Shown here: positions 9,402 through 18,068 of the stretch, in pieces
Position numbering within the stretch: position 1 is the first letter of the stretch
Layout of the letters: each line of letters begins with the position of its first letter
DNA from: Candidatus Woesearchaeota archaeon
GTDB lineage: Archaea; Nanobdellota; Nanobdellia; SCGC-AAA011-G17; JACPIM01
NCBI GenBank assembly: GCA_043817645.1
Contig: JBDRGP010000034.1
Coordinates: forward strand, 15,020-79,019
Length of the DNA stretch: 64,000 nt
Direction of reading: 5' to 3'
Position numbers and translations under genes: made by a program
Notes under the pieces: generated by a model
Database searches by the model: none
What the model saw: the letters and a program-made list of their open reading frames with translations, nothing else
What the model was told of the DNA's origin: nothing

Positions 9402-10263
9402 CACACCTCTGTAAAATTTCTATAGCTCTCTCTGAGCCAGAAGCAATAAGCAAAGCAGGATAAAACTCAGTAGCGCGTGCACCAAGAGCATAAACATCCC
9501 ATCCTACCAAAGCAATCCCAACAGGCCCAAGCAATTTTGTACTAGCTTTCGTCCCAAGCGCAGTGGCCACTTTTCTAGCAGCCACCCCATAACCAACTCT
9601 GCCAGCAGCGCCCCCTGCAGCAGCCGCAGGCGCCTCTAGCTGGCCAACATCACCACCAAGTAACTCTTTCCAAAACTCACTTTTCTTATTAGCCACAAAG
9701 AGCACATAAAAATTATTTTGAGTATCAATCCTAATGTTTCCATCGCCCAAATCCAACCTACTTTTTTCAACCTTAGTAAAAAATTCTGAGTAAGTTACCT
9801 TGCCAGTGGGTATCTTTTCATTATCTAAAAAATCTTGTAAATCATCCAGCGGAATCTCGCCTTCAAAACCATTACTACTATACCTCCGAATAGAACAAAT
9901 ACGACAATAAAGATCAGAACCAAACCAATCAATATCACTTAAAAAATCTATCTCCCCTTCGCCAAACTGCCACCAACAAGCGTACATATCTCTAGCAATC
10001 TCCTCCAAAACCTGTCTCTTAACTAAAGTTTCACTAGTCTCTCTTTTTGTCTCACACTTCAACTTAAATGGAGACTCCTTACCAATATAAGGTAATTTAG
10101 TACTATAATGAAGCTCAACACTTGTTCTACAAGTAGCTGGATCATATTTACCAGTACCAAAAGATTCATACCATTTAATAGCTAACAAAACAAGTGCAAC
10201 TAAAGCAACTACAGCAAGAAGCACTCCAGCAAACTCCTTCCAAGCCAGTCCTCTTTTATCCAT
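9388..10263 (-). CDS. pilin-like protein with class III-like signal peptide
   Basis: MDKRG|LAWKEFAGVLLAVVALVALVLLAI; mature part has several Cys and an Ala/Gly-rich C-terminal stretch. Confidence 0.4.
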   Translation of the reverse strand: MDKRGLAWKEFAGVLLAVVALVALVLLAIKWYESFGTGKYDPATCRTSVELHYSTKLPYIGKESPFKLKCETKRETSETLVKRQVLEEIARDMYACWWQFGEGEIDFLSDIDWFGSDLYCRICSIRRYSSNGFEGEIPLDDLQDFLDNEKIPTGKVTYSEFFTKVEKSRLDLGDGNIRIDTQNNFYVLFVANKKSEFWKELLGGDVGQLEAPAAAAGGAAGRVGYGVAARKVATALGTKASTKLLGPVGIALVGWDVYALGARATEFYPALLIASGSERAIEILQRCDDFE

Positions 10264-10375
10264 TCAGAGCACCTTTAAAATAGATATTATACACTAAAAA
10301 AAGAATCAAACAAATTGTAATAACAAATATTATAAAACTAACCAAACTAACACCTTGCAAACCCTTTTTCATCAT
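10256..10375 (-). CDS. unannotated mini-pilin (39 aa) with class III signal peptide
   Basis: Hand translation: MMKKG|LQGVSLVSFIIFVITICLILFLVYNIYFKGALNG. Its ATG overlaps the stop of the upstream 62-aa ORF (ATGA), and its own stop overlaps the ATG of the 291-aa pilin. Confidence 0.35.
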   Translation of the reverse strand: MMKKGLQGVSLVSFIIFVITICLILFLVYNIYFKGALNG

Positions 10376-10560
10376 CTTAATCTTGCTTTTTCCCTGCTCC
10401 TCAAATTAACAACCAAAATTATAATTCCAATAACAATTACGATCCCATTATAAACAGAACCAGAACTAATTTTACTCAAACCTTCAAAACTATCTTCAAA
10501 AAAAGGAAACAAACCAACCGCTATAACCACTAGTCCCAAAAAAACATTTAACCATTTCAT
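10372..10560 (-). CDS. small two-TM membrane protein, pilus operon
   Basis: 62 aa with two hydrophobic helices; overlaps genes on both sides. Confidence 0.3.
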   Translation of the reverse strand: MKWLNVFLGLVVIAVGLFPFFEDSFEGLSKISSGSVYNGIVIVIGIIILVVNLRSREKARLR

Positions 10561-11207
10561 TCTGTCCCCCTAATCCACTTCCATCCAAACACAACAACAA
10601 AGATAGCAGCAACCAAGGCCAGAATATTCAAAACCGACATTACAAAAAACGGACTTAAAGGCAGATAATAAAACAACCCACTCAATTGATATCCGCCTTC
10701 ACTCTGCATCCAAAACCAAAACAACAAATAAGCCAATCCAACAACAGTTCTTGTAGCATTACTTCCCTTCAAGGCTGCAAACAAGCCGATTATTATCAAC
10801 AAAATGAATATCAAACCAAGAAATCCGCCAAACAAACCTCCAAAAATATCTCCTAAACCGCAAACTAAAGAAAACCCGCTTGTAGCTTCCCACCTAACAA
10901 TACCTATAGCCAAAGCAAAAGCAATAACCACTGCCAGAATATCACTTTTACTTCTAGCAGGACCCTTAAAAGCCCAATGACCAAAAACAAAAAACACTAC
11001 AAATAAAACAAAGAATTCAAACCATTCAGCATAATTATCACATAAATTTGAAATAAATCCAAACCCAAATCCCTCGCCAGAACCAAATCCTCCACCATAA
11101 TCATATCCATAATCAAAATAATGGGTTTGTCCAAAAACAATAGGTAACAAACTAAGCAAGCTAAAAATCACTAAAAGAATCACCATCTTTTTGCTTAACA
11201 TATTCAT
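10557..11207 (-). CDS. polytopic membrane protein with Gly/aromatic-rich N-terminal segment, pilus operon
   Basis: 216 aa. Signal-like N-terminus, then YFDYGYDYGGGFGSGEGFGFGF, then at least 5 TM helices; contains a GLGDIFGG segment. Confidence 0.35.
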   Translation of the reverse strand: MNMLSKKMVILLVIFSLLSLLPIVFGQTHYFDYGYDYGGGFGSGEGFGFGFISNLCDNYAEWFEFFVLFVVFFVFGHWAFKGPARSKSDILAVVIAFALAIGIVRWEATSGFSLVCGLGDIFGGLFGGFLGLIFILLIIIGLFAALKGSNATRTVVGLAYLLFWFWMQSEGGYQLSGLFYYLPLSPFFVMSVLNILALVAAIFVVVFGWKWIRGTE

Positions 11208-11236
11208 ATTTCACCCTGCAAATTATTTAAAGCTTT

Positions 11237-13477
11237 CTACACTCCAGTACCCCTGGCAACCTGCACAACCCCTCCAGCTAAAACACTGAATATAACTATA
11301 CTAATCAAAGCAATCAAAAAATACAATCCAACAGCTATAAACAAATTCCTACCTATAACATACCTATGAGTTACTCTATCAATCCCATTTTCTATACCAC
11401 TACTTAAAATACTCAAAATGATAACAACCTCAACAACAAACAGCCCAACAACAATTTGAAATTGATAACCGGGGATAATATCAGTAATAGTCAAAATTTT
11501 AGTGATATTCTCAAAACCGCCAAATCCTGCCGCTGCAGCACCTTCTTGATCTCCCATCTCGCTCAAAATCAAAGTCAAATTGTTAATAATAGAAATCATC
11601 ATACTAGTCACACCAACTACGATACCAGCAATCATCGGAGTCAAAAAAGTAATTTGCCCTTTCATACTACTCAAAATATCAGCCAACAAATCTTTCAATC
11701 TCTCTGTAATACTCCTAACTCTATTAACATAATCAGAAATTGTTATCAAACTTTTAGCAACTATTTGAGGTCCTTTCTTAGCACTCTCAACTAAAACCTT
11801 CATACTACTTTTTATCAGATTGCTAGGAAAATAAACTATGGACCCTCTGTGTGAATCAAAAATAGCATCCTTAACACTCATCCCCATTTTTCTAATATTT
11901 GCATCAGTCATTCTTAAGAAATCGCCACTTGGAGTTCCCTGAACATTTTCAGCCACACTACTAATCGCTCTCTCAACAGGCAACCCATCACCTACCCTAT
12001 TACCTAACTGAAAAATAGCACCAGAAAACTCTCTTTCCATATCAGAAGTTCTTTTACGAATCCTAATCAACTGTTTACTCCAAATATAATAATAAGTCCC
12101 AATACCCAAAGCAATCCCTAAAGGAATAAACAAACTCAAGATCATACTAAAAACACTATAAGGGCCAATACAAGTTTCATCACACTTATAATCTAACAAC
12201 TTGCTCTCAAGAATACTTCCTTCAAACAAAGTATAATCAAAACCTTGAGGAGTAGCATAAAACAGAAGCAAGGGTATCAATCCAATTATAACTAATATTC
12301 CCCCAATAAAAAGAGCAAACATCCCAGGACTAAATCCCATCCCGCCAACCTTCATTTTAGTAAACTCTTCAAACTCAGGATGCTCTTTCAGAATATCTTC
12401 ACTTCCGTACCCAGTAGGTCTTTTCTCGAGTAAATTCATTCCATAAAAATAAACAAAAACAGGCAAAAATAAATTATACAAAAGAGCTAAATGCCACCAC
12501 TTAACCAAACCTTCTAAAAATCCGCTCATCAAAGGAAAAACAACCAGCCCCAAAACAGGCAAGATCACACCCAACATATAAACCATAGTAATAGGGCTTC
12601 TCAAATCATGAGCATAATGCAACATCTTTTCATAAGTCCCATTCAAGATAACTTCCAAAGCCTTCTCTAATTGGCCTATTCTTCTTTCGTCACTAGGCTC
12701 ATACAAACTCCCTTCAATCAAATGCATACTTTCAACAAACTCTAAACTATGGTCCTTCCACCCAACTAAATAAGAATCTAAACTTTCTTTAATACTCATA
12801 AACTTACCATTCTCCACATCCCAAAGAATTTTCCTCAAATCCAAAGCTAAAGGAGCGCCAACATGCTCTCCAGCAAATTTAATAGCATGCTCCAAATTGC
12901 TTGTATGTCTCATATACATAACCATATACAAAATACAAAGCACCATTTGGTTACTTGCCCTTAAACGCCATCTCGCAGCAATCCTCAAAGGATACTTAGA
13001 TAAAAGCCCCATCAACAAAGCACCAAACAACACAATAATCAACGGAATAAAGACTACACCCAAGCTAACACTTTTCAATCCGCCTTCAGGACTAAAAAAC
13101 CCAACAGCGTCTCCACTAAAAAGATACATCCCAACCCCAGAAAATACCCCAAGCAAAACAATCAAAAACACCAAAATAGCAGCAAAACTAGTTGCTCCTT
13201 CAACAGTCATATCCAAATGTGCAATATCAATTGCTCCCTGTATCTTTTCTCTATCTTTCTCTTTTGGTTTAACTCTTAAAGTCCTCTCAGCAAATCTGCA
13301 TAACTTCTCATATCTGGAAACATATCTCTCTAAATTTTCTCTTCTAAAAATCTCATACTCCTGAGAAAAAGAATCTCCTGGAAAGTGCTCCATCTCATCA
13401 AGTTCTATACTTCTACCCAACCTTTTCTCAGCCTTTCCCAAGATTTCCTTAATTTCCTCACCAGTAATTCTTCTCAT
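11237..13477 (-). CDS. TadC/PilC/FlaJ-family membrane platform protein of type IV pilus/archaellum-like systems
   Basis: 746 aa polytopic membrane protein immediately downstream of the secretion ATPase. Two large cytoplasmic helical domains are each followed by TM clusters, as in T2SS-F proteins. Confidence 0.6.
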   Translation of the reverse strand: MRRITGEEIKEILGKAEKRLGRSIELDEMEHFPGDSFSQEYEIFRRENLERYVSRYEKLCRFAERTLRVKPKEKDREKIQGAIDIAHLDMTVEGATSFAAILVFLIVLLGVFSGVGMYLFSGDAVGFFSPEGGLKSVSLGVVFIPLIIVLFGALLMGLLSKYPLRIAARWRLRASNQMVLCILYMVMYMRHTSNLEHAIKFAGEHVGAPLALDLRKILWDVENGKFMSIKESLDSYLVGWKDHSLEFVESMHLIEGSLYEPSDERRIGQLEKALEVILNGTYEKMLHYAHDLRSPITMVYMLGVILPVLGLVVFPLMSGFLEGLVKWWHLALLYNLFLPVFVYFYGMNLLEKRPTGYGSEDILKEHPEFEEFTKMKVGGMGFSPGMFALFIGGILVIIGLIPLLLFYATPQGFDYTLFEGSILESKLLDYKCDETCIGPYSVFSMILSLFIPLGIALGIGTYYYIWSKQLIRIRKRTSDMEREFSGAIFQLGNRVGDGLPVERAISSVAENVQGTPSGDFLRMTDANIRKMGMSVKDAIFDSHRGSIVYFPSNLIKSSMKVLVESAKKGPQIVAKSLITISDYVNRVRSITERLKDLLADILSSMKGQITFLTPMIAGIVVGVTSMMISIINNLTLILSEMGDQEGAAAAGFGGFENITKILTITDIIPGYQFQIVVGLFVVEVVIILSILSSGIENGIDRVTHRYVIGRNLFIAVGLYFLIALISIVIFSVLAGGVVQVARGTGV

Positions 13478-13653
13478 CTTTTTTTCCTATCCCTTTTTCT
13501 TTTTCCGCCAACGCTTTTTCCAAAAGGGTTGTTTAAATAGTATTCAATCAAGTATAGAACCAAATCACTCTCAGATTGTCTTTTAACAAAATCCAATTCT
13601 AAGAGTTTTTTCTTAACCTCTTTTTTAATTCGTATAGAAGTATCTTCAGACAT
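13474..13653 (-). CDS. unannotated 59-aa ribbon-helix-helix-like protein, translationally coupled to platform gene
   Basis: Hand translation: MSEDTSIRIKKEVKKKLLELDFVKRQSESDLVLYLIEYYLNNPFGKSVGGKRKRDRKKR. Beta-strand plus two helices resembles RHH (CopG/Arc). Its stop TGA overlaps the platform ATG (ATGA). Confidence 0.4.
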   Translation of the reverse strand: MSEDTSIRIKKEVKKKLLELDFVKRQSESDLVLYLIEYYLNNPFGKSVGGKRKRDRKKR

Positions 13654-13728
13654 AAAAAAACATTTAATCTTTAATTATATAAATGTATGCATAGTATACC
13701 ATGTATGAGGTGTATGCAGAAAGATAAC

Positions 13729-15999
13729 TCAACCCAATCTCTTCTTCTTAATTTCTCTTTTAACCCAAGTATCCCACTCAAAAAAGATTCTTTTATGATC
13801 CAAGTGACCAATCTCTTCTTTTAATTCATCAGAAACCCTATGAAACTCATCATTCGCAGAGATCACAAAAGGAGCCTCAAGTAGATCCAACATCTTAGCT
13901 TTATTCGCATAATCAACAATAGCCTTTTTCATCTTAGCTCTTACTTGTATATTCTCCCAAATAGCATCCCAATCGCCCACAAATTCTCTAACATTCCCAG
14001 CAATTCTTTTCAAAGTTTCACTATCACCATTAATCAATTCATCAGTTGGCACTAATAGATCCTTCTTAGCATCATACTTCATCAAATCAACAAAACCATG
14101 TTCTCTTAAAGGATCATCTTCCCAATGTTTCCTTACCTCCGTAATACTCCTCACTCTTCTAAGGCTATGTAAACCATCAGCACTCTTAACAGGATTTGTA
14201 ATAACAATTATATCGGTAGCCTTAAAACTAGTCCTTGGAACTCCCAAATCATTCACAACCCTATCAAAAACACCATAAGGAGAATCAGCATGCAAAGTAC
14301 CAGCAACAACATTAGCCATAGCACCAATTCTCATAGCTTCATAGAGTGCTTTTGCTTCGATGCTCCTAATTTCACCCACAATCAAAGCACTATCCCCCAT
14401 TCTTAAACTTGTTCTAATACCTTCATCCGCAGCAATCTCAGTACCACCAGTAGTTAAAGCACTCCTAACTTTCATCTGTTGTATATTATAACCTAAATCT
14501 CTTAAAGCGCCCGTGGGTAATTCCAAAGTGTCCTCCAGGGTAATCACTCTATATCGTCTCATAATCTCAACTAAAAAACTCCCCAAAACTGAAGTTTTTC
14601 CAGAACTTCTAGTCCCAGCAACTAATAAAGTTCTAGCACCATCAATCAAAAAACTCATCAAACCAGCACCAAGAGGATCAATCATTTTATTATTAATAAA
14701 CAAAGGCAATGTCCAAGGTTTATCTCTATGTCTCCTTAAAGAAAAAGCCAACCCATGCGGATTCAACGGATTTGAAATAATAGCAACTCTTGCTCTAACT
14801 CCAGGAATCTCAAGCTCAGTATCCAAAATAGGATTAGCCTCGTCCAAGGGCCTTGCACTTAATAATCTAAACTTAGATGCCCATCCTTCAGAATCCTCAA
14901 TACTCGGAACAATATTAGTAACACAGTCACCATAATCGGCATGAACAATAAAAATAGGATTTTTACCAACAGGACTGTTTACAGAAATGTCTTGCACTTT
15001 AGGATCCTGTAACAGAATCTCAACCATCCCAAATCCAATAGTATACCTAACAAGTATTTTCGCTAATTTTCTAATCCTTCCAATATCAAGATCATAACCC
15101 TTATGCTCGGCCAGTTCCATCAACAAATCTCTCCCAATATTCAAAAAAGTCCTTCTCATTCTATCCGGCTCTAAAAACTCTTCTTCCTTAGGTCTATGCT
15201 CAGCTAAAACAGTTCTTGCTAAATCAATTAGTTCATACTCATCCTCTGTAACTTTTAATTCTGGAGGAACAACATGATACATTAACTTAATATCATCCTT
15301 TAATTTCAGTAGAGTCACCGTATTATCAAAAACAGCATAACTGTCAACAAATTCTGCATCCAAAGGAATAGTGCTCATCAACTGAGTATACATAAAATCA
15401 GGGCTAACTACTGGCCTAAAAACTTCAACATAGAGCCCCCTATCTCCAATTCTATGTCCTGCAAGTCTATTCTTCACTCTCTTAATCAAACTCGTATTCT
15501 CTAAATTATTTTTAATATACTGCAAAACATCAATATACCTTCTCTCATCTTCTGCTTGAGCAGGATCACCAATATCCTCAACCCTAATGTTCCCTTCTCG
15601 GATTAATCTTTTTAATTCAACATAAGCACCAACCGGATCACTTCTTAACAAATTATAAATAACATATTGGATAGTTGCATACTTATTAGATACATCAGTA
15701 CCATAACCCAGCTGACTCAAACTAAGTAATCTTTTCTGCTTAGTTAAATTACTAAAAACAGTAGCAACCTCAACCAACAAGGCAGTTTGATCTCTAGAAT
15801 AATTAAAGTTTCTTTTCTGGTTCAAAATAATCCTGGCAACAGAAGGCATTTCAGCCAAATAACCAATAACCCTAACCATCACTAAAGGATTTCCTTCAAT
15901 ACTGGGAGAATACGGCCATGTATTTGCATCAATCTTAAGAACCTCTTCTCCACCCTCTAATACAATCCCATATCCACTCCCTTTTTTAGAAACTGCCAT
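13729..15999 (-). CDS. type II/IV secretion family ATPase (PilB/FlaI/VirB11-like) for type IV pilus assembly
   Basis: 756 aa; Walker A GTRSSGKTSVLGSFLVE, then VITLEDTLELP and the C-terminal region typical of GspE/FlaI hexameric ATPases. Confidence 0.8.
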   Translation of the reverse strand: MAVSKKGSGYGIVLEGGEEVLKIDANTWPYSPSIEGNPLVMVRVIGYLAEMPSVARIILNQKRNFNYSRDQTALLVEVATVFSNLTKQKRLLSLSQLGYGTDVSNKYATIQYVIYNLLRSDPVGAYVELKRLIREGNIRVEDIGDPAQAEDERRYIDVLQYIKNNLENTSLIKRVKNRLAGHRIGDRGLYVEVFRPVVSPDFMYTQLMSTIPLDAEFVDSYAVFDNTVTLLKLKDDIKLMYHVVPPELKVTEDEYELIDLARTVLAEHRPKEEEFLEPDRMRRTFLNIGRDLLMELAEHKGYDLDIGRIRKLAKILVRYTIGFGMVEILLQDPKVQDISVNSPVGKNPIFIVHADYGDCVTNIVPSIEDSEGWASKFRLLSARPLDEANPILDTELEIPGVRARVAIISNPLNPHGLAFSLRRHRDKPWTLPLFINNKMIDPLGAGLMSFLIDGARTLLVAGTRSSGKTSVLGSFLVEIMRRYRVITLEDTLELPTGALRDLGYNIQQMKVRSALTTGGTEIAADEGIRTSLRMGDSALIVGEIRSIEAKALYEAMRIGAMANVVAGTLHADSPYGVFDRVVNDLGVPRTSFKATDIIVITNPVKSADGLHSLRRVRSITEVRKHWEDDPLREHGFVDLMKYDAKKDLLVPTDELINGDSETLKRIAGNVREFVGDWDAIWENIQVRAKMKKAIVDYANKAKMLDLLEAPFVISANDEFHRVSDELKEEIGHLDHKRIFFEWDTWVKREIKKKRLG

Positions 16000-16080
16000 T
16001 TTACCTCTTAGTAATACTCACATAAGTTTTAACAAACAATATAAATATAAATCATAAGATTAAATAACTTTCTATACAAT
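16000..16080. promoter_or_regulatory. divergent promoter region with A/T-rich TATA-like boxes
   Basis: Intergenic sequence between the pilus ATPase (-) and the coiled-coil gene (+) contains aatataaatataaat TATA-like elements. Confidence 0.3.
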
Positions 16081-16467
16081 ATGGCAGAAGCAACATACCA
16101 GGATCCGAACCAGGTATTCTCAGAAATAATCAACAGAATGCGTGCTTTAGAAAGCAAATACAATCTTCTCGGAGAAAGGCTCTTAGTAGTAAATCAGAAC
16201 ATGATATCAGAATTCAAAAAAAATTCAACAGAGTTCCGGGCAACAAATGATGATTTAAAAGAAATAAGAACAGAACTATTTAAAACAAAAGAAACAATTA
16301 AAGACCTTTCAAGAGAACTAAAATTTTTCGCAACCAAAGAGCACATAAAAGCATTAGAAAAGTATATTAAGATATGGGACCCTATGAAATTCATAACACA
16401 AGAGGACCTAGACAAATTCCTTGAAAGGGGAGGCCTAGTAAAAAAGAAAAAAGATGGTAGAACCTAA
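16081..16467 (+). CDS. coiled-coil protein
   Basis: 128 aa, predominantly heptad-like helical (LKEIRTELFKTKETIKDLSRELKFF). Confidence 0.4.
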   Translation: MAEATYQDPNQVFSEIINRMRALESKYNLLGERLLVVNQNMISEFKKNSTEFRATNDDLKEIRTELFKTKETIKDLSRELKFFATKEHIKALEKYIKIWDPMKFITQEDLDKFLERGGLVKKKKDGRT

Positions 16468-17008
16468 AACTAACCAAACAAGAAGGATGATGGAAGAAGA
16501 ATCTCCTGCTCCAGGCCCATCTAGTGGTACAGACCTAGGACCATCGGCTCAAAGTCCAGATCTAGAACCTTCTGTTTTATATTCACCAGCACCTTCACCA
16601 GGACAAGAAGCACAACTGGCAACACAAGCCCAACAACAAACAATGCCTCAACAACCAGTATCTTTAGGTTATAATCCTACAGCAATAGATGAAGTAGAAG
16701 AACTAGTAGAATCCGTAGTAGAAGAAAAATGGCGCTCCTTCATGGAAAGCTTTGGCGACATAGCCCTTTGGAAAGAAAGAACAAGAATTGATTTAGCTGC
16801 AGTAAAACAAGAACTTATAAGAATCCAAACCAGATTTGATAATCTTCAAAAAGCAGTTCTAGGAAGAATACAAACTTATGATAAAAACATAACAGAAGTC
16901 ACATCAGAAATAAAAGCACTTGAACAGGTATTCGAAAGGATCCTTAATCCATTAACTTCAAACATAAAAGAACTAGATAAAATTACTAAAGAATTAAAAA
17001 AGAGATAA
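16454..17008 (+). CDS. protein with Pro/Ser/Gln-rich disordered N-terminal half and coiled-coil C-terminal half
   Basis: 184 aa: ESPAPGPSSGTDLGPSAQSPDLEPSVLYSPAPSPGQEAQLATQAQQQTMPQQP, then a heptad region. Overlaps the upstream gene by 14 nt. Confidence 0.4.
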   Translation: MVEPKTNQTRRMMEEESPAPGPSSGTDLGPSAQSPDLEPSVLYSPAPSPGQEAQLATQAQQQTMPQQPVSLGYNPTAIDEVEELVESVVEEKWRSFMESFGDIALWKERTRIDLAAVKQELIRIQTRFDNLQKAVLGRIQTYDKNITEVTSEIKALEQVFERILNPLTSNIKELDKITKELKKR

Positions 17009-17557
17009 CTACTTCTTCGTACCCACAGCTTTCACTAAAAAATAACTCACAACAAAAATGAATATAATGCCCAGAACCTTAGGATTAAAAATTACTCTTC
17101 TAGCCTCTGCACCAATACCTGTCTGGCTAGCAGAAGGAAAACCCACAAAACTAGGAAATATTTTTCCAACACCAATCAAAAAAATAATAACAACAATAAC
17201 TATAACAATTACAGTAATAGCAGGCGTACCTTTAATATAGCTCGTAATATCTTCCTGCTTCATTCCAAGAAGCATAACCCCTATAAAAATAATAGCCATA
17301 ATAATAAAAAACAAAACAAAAAAAGGAACAATTAACGTCAATAAATTCCTTAAATCAGCAACCAAGACAAAAAGCAGAGCCAATATAAAAGCTATCAATG
17401 CGTGTATACCCCTATCCTCTCCAAGTATACTATACCTGTTAAAAAGCGCATAAATTATCAAAAAAACAAAGAAAAATACAAATAAGGGGATTAAATAAGT
17501 AAGCACCCCAAAATCTAATAACGTTGCCATTTTATTTCTTAAAGATTGCGTCTCCAA
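17009..17557 (-). CDS. membrane protein, member of tandem paralog triplet
   Basis: 182 aa, 4-5 TM helices. N-terminal segment LDFGVLTYLIPLFVFFFVFLIIYALFNRYSILGEDRG resembles the two upstream paralogs. Confidence 0.4.
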   Translation of the reverse strand: METQSLRNKMATLLDFGVLTYLIPLFVFFFVFLIIYALFNRYSILGEDRGIHALIAFILALLFVLVADLRNLLTLIVPFFVLFFIIMAIIFIGVMLLGMKQEDITSYIKGTPAITVIVIVIVVIIFLIGVGKIFPSFVGFPSASQTGIGAEARRVIFNPKVLGIIFIFVVSYFLVKAVGTKK

Positions 17558-18068
17558 AATTCTTAAATGTTTCCCCAGCAGGTTTATCTTTTCCTTCCCT
17601 TGTCACAAAGAAAACAATAATAATCAGTACAGCCAAAAACGTCAAAACTCCTTTGGTCTCAGAACTCAATCCAGCAAAGATGTTAGGAATACCATACCTT
17701 GACCAGTAGCTCTCTCCAAAAATCCATAACACCACAATAACAGCCAAAACAGCAGCAAGTCCTTTCATCCCAGAAGACCATCCGTAATCTTCTCCAACAA
17801 AAACACCAACAACTAAAAGTATCATCAACAATACCACAATCAACAAAGCAACATTAGGTAAAAATCTATTGATCGTGCTAACCACAACGCCATTTCTTAT
17901 CAATAAAAAGCCAAAAACAAGCGCAATGATCGCATCAATATTCTTCTTACCTCCAAGTATTTTTGTAGATTGCATGATAGCAAACACAATAGTAAAGATT
18001 AATACAAACGGCAAAACTATATCAAACAGAGAATCATTTCCCAATAAAAAATTTAAATCAACAGCCAT
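17532..18068 (-). CDS. membrane protein, member of tandem paralog triplet
   Basis: 178 aa: FDIVLPFVLIFTIVFAIMQSTKILG, paralogous to 18068-18622 (FFDIVLPFILVFTLVFAILEKTRILGEE). Confidence 0.45.
   Translation of the reverse strand: MAVDLNFLLGNDSLFDIVLPFVLIFTIVFAIMQSTKILGGKKNIDAIIALVFGFLLIRNGVVVSTINRFLPNVALLIVVLLMILLVVGVFVGEDYGWSSGMKGLAAVLAVIVVLWIFGESYWSRYGIPNIFAGLSSETKGVLTFLAVLIIIVFFVTREGKDKPAGETFKNFGDAIFKK

Noticed and set aside
10557-11207. Possible identity of the Gly-rich polytopic membrane protein as the prepilin peptidase (PibD/FlaK, A24 family).
   Set aside because: Only a weak GLGDIFGG segment is present. There is no convincing pair of conserved Asp in cytoplasmic loops with the expected spacing, and the G.GDVK-type motif is absent.
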